Positions 54,223 to 64,000 of a stretch of DNA of 64,000 bases are shown here, piece after piece. This DNA is from Octopus bimaculoides (Eukaryota): contig NC_068984.1 in assembly GCF_001194135.2 (NCBI RefSeq), positions 3,970,192 to 4,034,191 on the forward strand, in the 5' to 3' direction. The notes beneath the pieces are model-generated. The model searched no databases, was not told the origin of the DNA, and saw only the letters and a program-made list of their open reading frames with translations. Numbering within the stretch: the first letter of the stretch is position 1; every line of letters starts with the position of its first letter. The translations under genes and the position numbers were made by a program.

Positions 54223-55606
54223 GGCACTTTGAATACAAAAAATTAAGTTCATAGTCTGCTTGTTCGAAACAAAGTACTTTGCTTATCATATTTATAAAAA
54301 AAAGCAATAACAATAGGCGTTAACCAACTTATCTTAAAATTCTTTCATTAGTTTGCACACTTTTTGTCTTTTTTTTTTCTTGTAATTTGGCAAACAAGCA
54401 TTATGAATTGTCATTTGAATACTTGCTGATATAGCAAATAAACAAGGGACATGATTCAGCATCTATATCTAATCCATTTTAACTCGAGTAAAATTGAGCA
54501 TTGTGAATTCTACAAAATATCTAAGATTAATGTTTAACGACAAAAATGAAGAAATGCCGGTCTCTTCATCAAAGAGATTTTAGATCAAGACAATGCATAT
54601 AGAATCTTTCATTGCTATATATTTTCTTGAATTGATACAACTAGACATACAATTTTGTAAATCATAGCATGATGAATGTTATCTAGAAATATTCAGTATT
54701 CCATTTCTAAGAAACGAGTCATCATCATCGTTTAACATCTGTTTTCCATGATGGCATGGGTTGGACAGTTTGACTGAGGTTTGGAGAGCCAGCGGCTAAC
54801 AAATAAATGATTTAAATAGATTTAAACACCTAGCTACTAGAAATTAAGATGGACCAGCTTTGCAAAAGACATTCTAAAGAAACAAAAATGGATCCAGAAT
54901 ATTCAAAACAAGAAAACATTTATCATCACTTTTTTTCCATATGCGTGTGTTAAATGTCTCCTAGAAAGTGGTACAGTACAATATAAAATAGCTTGTGTTT
55001 ACTACTTTAAAAAATAGCAAGGCATGGAAAAAAACAATTAATGCACAAATATTTGAATTTTCAAATAATTTTGAACTTGAGAATTTGGTGGGAAAATGAA
55101 TTACAAAAAATTAGGAAGACGCAATGGTCTGAATACAAAGGTAATAAGAATAATGCAAACAATAGAATGTTGTCTTCTCAAAGAATGCTATTAAGAAAAA
55201 GAAAAAACATTCTTATTGTGTCCAAAAGAAAATCAGGTATATATGCCAACAAATACTGTCATAAAGGGAACAATGATAAACCAAACTTAATACTTTTAAC
55301 TGTTTTCCAACTAAAGTCATGCAATGGTCAATTATGGATTTCTCCCTCCAGGATAAATGAAATGTTAACAATAGACTGAAATGGCCTTGTGCCAAGTCAA
55401 AAAAAAAATCAATAGTGTCAACAAACAGGGATAGGAACATACTTTTGTTAAGGGGTCACAATGTGCCCTTAAATTCTTGTAACACATTTACTACAGCAAG
55501 GAAAAGTATGAAGTGTCACATACTCCTGTCACTTGTTTGTTTTTTGTTTGTTTTGTTCTTTTTGCCATCTTTCTATCCATTAAAATGATCAAAGATGAAA
55601 AGTGTA

Positions 55607-55645
<39 letters not shown>

Positions 55646-57434
55646 TTCTGCTCTTTATTAACTGTCTTTCCCACAATTAGCCTCACTTCTTTCCTTTCTG
55701 TTGCTCATTGACTTGTTCTAATTTCTTATGAATACAAAAATTCCATTGATTTTATGACTGGACCTCTAAACCTTACCCTACCCAAAATCTGAACTTGGCT
55801 AGAAAAATTCTAATCTTCCAAAAACAGAAAGAGAAAGAGATGACAAGATCATGAAAATGGCCATAACAATAGAAATTGGGGGGGGGGTGAAGGGTTATGA
55901 AATGAAAAAGACAAACCTTTGCACAAAAAAAGAAACCTTTCCATCGACAGCACTTGTAACTCTTCCTTGCATTAAATCCACCAACACATACATTAAGAGC
56001 AGAGATACTTCTTGGTATCATATATCCGACTGCAACACACCTGTTGTCCCTTTATCATACTTTAACCTCTCATTTCCTGGAATCAAGCACCTCCCTCAAT
56101 ACCTCTCACCCCTCAGTTGAGGGGTTCTTGCCTTGTGAGTTACTTGGTGACCTCACAAGTGCTGGTGTCACATAAAAAAACAGGCAGCATACTGTGTAAA
56201 GTGGTTGGAATTAGGAAAGGGCATCCTGCCATAGAAACCACACCAGATATCAGAGTACATTCTTCTGACTTATAATCAGTTCCTGTCAAACTGTCCAACC
56301 AATGCCAGCATGGAAAACAATGATGATGAAGATACTTCAACCTTATGTCACATCCACTAACACACTTTAGCTGCACATATGTCTACCATTAACATACACA
56401 TTAGCTGCACATATCTTCATTATCAAATCCTAAACTTCCTACACCCTGCCCAATCATTCCTTTAAAAGAAAATAAATTTCTAAGGACCTTTCATCCTGCC
56501 CACGTTTTCTCCTTGATGAATAATTTACATTTCATACAAACCATACTAACACCATTACTACTCACTGCTCTTCTTCCTCAGACAAAAGAATTTTTTTTTT
56601 TTTTTCAAATTAGCAGTTCTCAGTCTTATGCAGAACATATATTGCCTGTTAGTAAATGCAGTTTATGCTGGCATGCATGAAATATAGGTCATCATTTGTA
56701 CATAAAAGAAAACATATACAGTTATCAGTGCTGTGCACTCAGTGAAACACTATTCTATAAAGTCAACAGACTGTTAAATTAAACACTATAAAATGGAAAA
56801 CATTTATTAAAATTTCCACAATTTGTTAAAAATTACTTAAAAATAAAATGACCAAGTCTAACTTTATATAGAAAGTATTGTTGTGTCTAATTAATGCATA
56901 AAACACCAAAAATGTTGATTTATTAGCCTCTATAATCATTCCAAATATTTTTATATGTTTTTCCTTATTTTTATATTGTTCGTTATGTAAAAATTATGTT
57001 AAAAAGCAATATTTGGTTATAATGTTACTAGATTTCATGTAGGATGGACGATATTATAGACTCTGCATTCACAGATAAAGCAGGTTTTTAAATATGTATT
57101 TTTGCAATAAGAAGCAGTAATATTTTACAAATATTTAAAAATTTTGTCTTCTCTATCAACCACCACTGACAGATGAGTGTAAATACAAGCATTGCTTTAA
57201 TAGAGTTACCTAAAAATTTGGTTATTGGATGGGCTAAGAACTGGAGACAGAGGCAGTATCCAATGACTAAAGTTGTAATATGAATATTAAAATTCATATT
57301 TCCAAATTCCCTGAATACTTTTTACACAGACTAAAAGTATTATTTTAAATACTATAAGAAATATGACAAGGGATAACAGATATTTTCCTGGAATAAGTTG
57401 ATTAGGTACAAGTCAAGAGACAACAGTTATTTGT

Positions 57435-58535
57435 TCATAATACAGTATGCACCATTGGATGTGCAACATCAGTGAGCATGTACAACAATGTAGAAATGTG
57501 TTGAGAAAAAAGTTGGGCAGAAGAGGAATCAGATGCAGCATGCAAGAGAGAAGACTCTGTTGGTTTGGATATGTGATGCACATGAATGAAGACAGCTGCA
57601 TAAAGAAGTGCTGATCACTGAAAGTGGATGGCACCTGTAGGAGAGAGAGAGACCCAGAAAGACATAGGATGAAGTGTTGCAGCTCATGGGGGAGATGAGA
57701 ATGGACTAAGATGTCTGGCAATACAAAGTTCTTGAGAAGACCCACCCACATCAGCAAAACTGAGTTCTAGAAGAGCTGTGTTTTCCACCCACATATAACA
57801 AATAAAACTTCTCACACACCCTACCCCCAACAAACCAAACACATTTCTTCTCTTCTTCAAATTTTCTCTTTTTCATGCATTATGTTTACGCTTATCTTTT
57901 GCTCCCTAATCCTGTCCTCACTACCCTGCTCACTGTATCATTGCATTTCCCACCCCAATACTCATGTACCTTTGGCAATACCCTACCATTTATATTCTGA
58001 TCCCTGTTCCTTGTGAATATGTCCTGGCATTTCACTACCATCTATCTCTCTCTTGCTCTACCATCCCATTTATATTCTGATCCCTGTTCTTTGTTTGCCC
58101 TGGCATTTCACCACCACCATCTCTCTCTCTCTCTCTCTTCCTCTGAGTAACTATGCATCAACTCTACAGTAACATATCTGCTTTTGTCCTCATTTTTGAT
58201 CATACACACACACTCTTTCATTCTTTCTCTGACCGGGTAACAATGTATTCAGTCTTTCAGCAAGACACCCATTTTGTCTCTCTCTCACATTAACCTTTCA
58301 TCAACTGGCACAAGATCATCTCCTCCCCTCTCAAAGGAACTTTGACTTGCAAGTTACTTGGTGACCCTGCCACGTAAAAATCACTCAATCCATTCTGTGA
58401 GGTGGTTGGTGTTAGGAAGGGCATCCAGCTGTAAAAACTATGCCAAAACAAACACTGAAGCCTGGTGCAGTCTCCTGCCTGTCAAACTGTCCAACTCATT
58501 CCAGCATGGAAAGCAGACATTAAATGATGATGATG
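57435..58535 (+). mobile_element. RTE-clade LINE 3' end: ORF C-terminus, long 3' UTR and (GAT)n-tailed terminal module
   Basis: Translation QERRLCWFGYVMHMNEDSCIKKC*SLKVDGTCRR matches the RTE RRLRWFGHV.RM motif. A pyrimidine-rich UTR follows (shared with 53345-54025) and runs into the common tail ending TTAAATGATGATGATG. Confidence 0.85.
57975..58120 (+). repeat. Tandem duplication (~80-bp period) within the RTE 3' UTR
   Basis: CCATTTATATTCTGATCCCTGTT...CCTGGCATTTCAC occurs twice. Confidence 0.85.
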
Positions 58536-59030
58536 GTGACAGTAGAAATCATTTACTGTGACTCCTAAGATAAAGCCTTTTCAATAATAATAATAACCAA
58601 CTGATAACTTTAAGCATAGACTATAACATTATCTGAACTTATGATACTAATAATTTTTAATTCATTTTGAACAAAAGAAAAACAAAAACTAATTAAGACA
58701 ACACTATCCATTGATAGCATAATTGGTGATGATGAAAAGCAGCTTCCACTATTATTACCATTTTCTTCATTTCAAATCCACTTTCCATGCTGCCATAGAT
58801 GTTATGGAAACCAGTACTTTACCTACTGAATGGCCAAATTCATCAGACTACATTATATTCGGGGTTTAGCTTTTTTAACATTCTTTAGTATTTCTGCCAA
58901 TGTCCATGGATGTTTTAAATAACAAAGTAGTTTCTTTGGAGAGTTCATTCAAAATATTTTTGTCAGCCAATGATTTGTCAGCAACAATTCCATATAATAC
59001 TTTACACAGACCTTTAAAGAGTCAAGTCAA

Positions 59031-59207
59031 GTTTAGCTCTTTTGATACCAGTTTGAGACCATTCCTCATTTCATGTTTAAAGTGGTCTAAATGAAAACCT
59101 TCTATAGAAATTTCATGTTAATTTATGTTCCAAACACTAGCTTTATAATGACAAAGTTATTAGACTAAATTCTTCATTATTTTCAAAATTAATTGATATA
59201 AAGGCAC
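59031..59207 (-). mobile_element. Decayed relative of the 47104 piggyBac-type MITE
   Basis: Minus strand GAATTTAGTCTAATAACTT...AGCTAGTGTTTGGAACATAAATT resembles the 47104 interior. It ends in GGTATCAAAAGAGCTAA, a degenerate terminal repeat. Confidence 0.6.
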
Positions 59208-59299
59208 TCTCCTCCATTTACTATAACCCTAATATCTGATTAAATGATAAGTTTTACAATTTCATTCACACATTACATGACACATCATTCAGTTCTGCT

Positions 59300-60470
59300 A
59301 CTGACTTATTTTCTCATTGTCAGCTTTTATGAAGATATTTTTCCACAAGATGGTCAATTTCAAAATCATTGATGGGTCAACAGGCAAAAAAACAATACCT
59401 CTTTGAAGGAACTATGTTATTACCACTTTATTTTACCAAAATAACTTTCCAGTAATGGTGTCCTCAGTTGGTGGGTAAGCCCCAAACTATTCAGCCTCAA
59501 AGGTGGGCCTACTTTAGAGTCCAAAACCTATGTAATTTTGAATAGTCATTAATTACCTACACTGTGTGTGCTTCAGTCTGCTCTCTGGCAGTATGCTGCT
59601 AAATCCAGACATGTTTTGGTCTCATTAAAACTCATCAGTGAAGCATAGTGTGCTTGATCTACACATCATCTTGAAGAGACTGATTCAATGTCATTGTGAT
59701 GAATGGTACTAATTGGCAGCTGCAACAGAAATGCTTTGAATTTACATAAATCAGGGAGAGAGATGAGATGGTTGTAATGATGAAATTTAGGGTGATTCAT
59801 CCTCTTAGTTTGGTACAAAGAGATGAAAACTCAAGACAGAGCAAACATTAATGAAGTTGAGTCTTAACTGCTGCTCAACCAGTGTTGAGATTTCTTGATG
59901 GGTTGAATATTTGGGCTTTTACTAGCAGTGTTTCTTTCTTTACTGTTTTAGTGTATTGTCTACAAACTGTGAGAAAATTCTTCAATGGTATTGAATTCTT
60001 CAATTCTTCTCAACAAACAGGATGCATGTTGGTTGAGTGTGATGTTCTCTAGCACTGTTTAAATAAAGGAAGAAAATGTAGATTTGTTCAATATTACATT
60101 CTTGGAATGCCAAAATTGTGGAAGTGTGTAAAATCCAATCTGAATATATTTTGGAGGGATGAAGAGAAGTTAAGTTGAAAAGATTCACAGAAAAGAGAAC
60201 ACTGTGACACTTGATTCATAATAACTTTTGTCTGGTGTCTTGATAGATAATTAATCAATAATCGATCTTATCTGGAGAACACTGTTAGTTATACAGTCAT
60301 TAGTTCCACACTATGGCCCTTATCCAGTTGTAAATAGGAACACTTTAAGTAGGGACTCTTGTACAAACTGACAAATATTTTGTTAACAAGAAGCGTTCCA
60401 TCAAAACTTTCACATGCTCCCAAAGAAAGTTAAAAGAGACCATTTTCAAATACACTACAATGAATTATTT
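59300..60470 (-). mobile_element. Possible decayed Penelope-like element
   Basis: Contains a Penelope-style minimal hammerhead remnant at about 59600-59645. The rest of the assignment is weak. Confidence 0.35.
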
Positions 60471-62119
60471 TGTGATAAAGTATTCAATGCTGTGCAAAAA
60501 AAAACAAAAAAAAGTCATGGTTTATAGGGCATTACGTCTCATCATTAAGGAAGTTGTTGAGCTTCTTTATAGAGTTGTTGCATAAAATAATGCATTTGTT
60601 TCAAGTTATTTTTGTTAAAACCAAACAAATATCTCAACCAAGAATATCAAATAAAGCCATTTTCTCCTTAAATAAATAAAAACTCTTCTATCAATTGGTT
60701 ATTTTGTTTTTTTATTTTCTCTTTCATTTGATTGGGACTGAATTCTTTCAGCATCTTTAACTGTCGTAAATAATGTTCTTTTTTATATCAGTATAGCAAA
60801 CAAATTGAAAGTTGGTTATGATAGAAACTTACTGTGATTGAGTAATAGCCAATTGATCACCAAGACATGTGCTAACTTAATTGTGATTGACATCACACTT
60901 AATACAGTTTCACTTCAAGTGAACGACAACAAGTGCTTAATAGTTAGTTGTTTATAACTAAACGTTGGCGATTTTTCTTTTCTATGTACAGTTTATGGAG
61001 ATGGAAAAAAAAAAAAAAAAAAAAACTAAGGAATCCTTAATTCCATTGCTGCACTGTAACAATTCTCCTCTGTCATGCCAGAAGTGTCAATAATAATAAT
61101 ACTGAATGGCCAATCTAAATTTGGCAGTATTAGCACTTACTTCAGGTAGAAAAGATTTAAATGATACAGAAATGGCTTTTGCATATAATGCTATTCAACA
61201 AAATGGTTCAACAGTTTATTCTGGTGTGCTCTTCTTACTTACTACTCTATATTTGATGAAGAGATATAAAGAGAACAGGAAGATTTCTTGGCCTCTGATG
61301 CAGTCAATAGAAAAAACAATCATCACAACAAATAAACCTGATGAAGCTGAAAATCTAAATAAATAATTCACTATACCTGTCCATGAGATAAAATTAAATT
61401 TAACCCTTCAAAAACAGGAAGTCAACATTTTGTCTATGATTAACTGAAAGGCAAAGTCTTGGCTGTGTGATTAAGAAGCTTGCTTCCCAACCATATAGTC
61501 TTGGGTTCAGTCTCATCGTATGGCACCTTGGGCAAGTGTCTTCTACTATAGCCCCAGGCATGAAGTGTGTTGATTTGGTAGATGGAAATTAAAAAAAGCC
61601 TGTTGTGTATATGTATGTTTACCTTGCTTGGAAACGGGTGAGGGTTGGCAACAAGAAGGGTACCTTGCAGTAGAAAATCTACCTCAACAAATTCGTTCTA
61701 ACCCATGCAAGTATGGGAAAATGGACATTAAAATTGATATCAGTATTTTTTAGTTCTGTAAACTCAGCTGAGATCAACATCGTAAGAAGATAGATTACAT
61801 AGCCGACACAGCTGAGATGTGGTATTAAGCATGAAATCAATAGCAAATTGTTTCCAAGTAACAACAAAGTTAGAAAACAATCTCTTTCGATAAATAGTCC
61901 AAAATTTCTGCCCTTCATTAAATCCATTTTTGTCGGCCACAAGACAAAGTTATGAAGTAAGGAATCAAACCCTTAGATACTGGAGAAAAAACTTTTATGA
62001 GATTTTTTATATTTTTATATCAATTTTTTTCTCTTTGGTGCCATTTGTTGTTAATGCTAAAATTGTTATGAGATAGTTACTAAATACTTTTTATAAATTT
62101 ACATTTGTCTTTTCCATGC

Positions 62120-63720
62120 TTAGTATGAATCTTCAGCATAGCATCTCATCACACATTATTGGTACTTTGTGGTTACCTTGCTGAAGTCTAACTTCCTGAG
62201 ATCACCTTTCACCACTTCTCATTTGCTTCATTCCTCTTGGATCACCAGGCACTTATTTACCCAGTTGCCATCTTCCATTTCCATATCTGTACAGTCTTTT
62301 CTTCTGCAGATTACAACTGATTTTTATAACAAGTTTTCTTCTCAGTTAATTTATTCTCCACTAATATTAAACATCTAGTGAAGCCTGCTCATTTCATTCT
62401 TTCTTTTGCCTTCACACATCCTCCCTAATCAAAGTACATGTTTTACTGCCATTCTGTATTGCACTACATTCACAGCACCATACAATCTACCTTTCATAGC
62501 CTCAGAACTTTTCCATCTCCCATATTAATTTGAACTACTATATACCCACCTTCACTGCTAATTATCATCCATAAGAAAAGTTATTAACTTTGTTTTCTGA
62601 GCCCTCCAAATATTTGAAGGAATTTATTTTTTAGGAACACTTACTATTAATCTTGTACATACTTCTCACATGCAAAATCCTTCTTCTCTGCTGGCCTATT
62701 TGTGTATACCACTGCAGCTCTTGTGTAGCCACAGTTTACACTGGTTATACAATATGGAATTCCACCAGATTCCTTTCCTACATATCAAGTATGGTCATTC
62801 ATATCACCAGAGTCTTGACTTATTTCCTGCTAAGGTTTTTTTGTCTGACATTTGCATTCGACATTTTAACATTTGGATTTTCTTCTCTAAATGTTTGATA
62901 AATCCAGCTATAGGAACTATGATATTGGCATACAGACATTCCCATAAATAGCCAGTCCTAAATTTATTTGCTTTGGCCTAGAGAATTATACTAAACAGGA
63001 AAAGGTAGACAAAGCTCTGATGGACAACTACCTGCACACAGTGCTAACTCTCACCTTGCTGTCAACGTCTCTGTAGGCTTGCATACTTTTCACAAGTCAT
63101 TCATGTACATCCAAGTCTCTTAGCAACTACCAGACTACAGAGTGTAGTACCCAGGTCAACAAATGCTAGATACAGTGGTATGGTCTTTGCTAAGATGTTG
63201 CCTCATATATAAAGAGAGTGTCAGAGAAACTCTGACTTAATACAAACCTGCATCTCATCTCCCCTCATTTTATTCTAAATTAATTGTGCTGTAACTGTTT
63301 TTAATGCAATTATATCTTGGTCCATCTTCTGTTGTTACTATTTTCTAGAATATCTTCTTTATCCTTGTAGCAGTAGATACACTGCTATGCCAGTCATTAA
63401 GAAGGACTCTTTTCAAGAACTACCTGAGTGACAAATCTTTGACCTAGTTTGCCAGACACTTTCAGTATCTCAGCAACTACCCTTGATGGTGCAGCTGCAT
63501 TCAATGCCATTTCACTTATATACAACTGTAAATTTCAGAAGCCAGTGTTCCTGTTGGGCTTATTTGTGTCTCACACATTCTTTTCATTTAACAATCTCTC
63601 ATAAGGATATTTCATGGGTAAATTCGTTGGAGATTCTCATGTCTTGGATAATGGAGAATGTGGAATTGTTATTAGCTTCATAAACTATTCTACTTGGAGA
63701 AGTTAACCAGAAATTCAACT
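62120..63720 (-). mobile_element. Decayed RTE-clade LINE (RT and C-terminal remnants)
   Basis: Minus-strand remnants resemble P.DW..S....YK.KGD...NYR (about 63330-63420), V.VGVHQGS.LSP (about 63000-63060) and the RTE C-terminus (62150-62290). Confidence 0.65.
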
Positions 63721-64000
63721 AAAGACATGTAACCAACATTAGTAACTTTCAGAATTATTGACAGAAGACATTTCTTCACAGTGGCTATGAATTATTAAAC
63801 AGATAATCTTCAAGTTAGACCTTTCCTAACAAACCAAATTGAGGTTTTATGCCTGAAAGCCAAGCAAATTTAAATACGTAAATAGATGCAGTTGAAATTG
63901 TTTTTGAATAAACTTTTACAAAAATATCTCACCAAATAAGTAAAATATTTTTATAATTGAAATTTGATAGCAAGCCTACTTAGCATTGGAAATATTGTGT

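Noticed and set aside
58880-59100. Minus-strand peptide EGFHLDHFKHEMRNGLKLVSKELNLT*LFKG... with an in-frame TGA (selenocysteine or readthrough?)
   Set aside because: The first half is a decayed piggyBac-type MITE end related to 47104-47323, so the apparent coding look is spurious.
61336-61356. CTGATGA-AGCT-GAAAA
   Set aside because: Stem II has no loop and there is no supporting stem I or III, so it is likely chance.

Overview
AT-rich, repeat-dense eukaryotic DNA. The repeat families resemble those I associate with octopus genomes (inference, not verified), and there are two assembly gaps. I cannot identify any protein-coding gene with confidence. Almost all ORF-track entries are microsatellite translations, retroelement remnants or chance ORFs. 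Supported content: a DD37D (maT-type) Tc1/mariner transposase fragment, mariner- and piggyBac-type MITEs, decayed RTE and R4/Dong-type non-LTR retrotransposons, several tRNA-derived SINE families, over 20 copies of a (GAT)n-tailed retro-repeat, a fragmented ~35-bp minisatellite and many microsatellites. The most interesting signals are three decayed hammerhead-ribozyme-like motifs (one in the tail of a tRNA-headed SINE), an ~80-bp inverted duplication at a retroelement 5' junction, modular tail-sharing among retro-repeats, and a speculative minus-strand exon chain with non-canonical splice ends.
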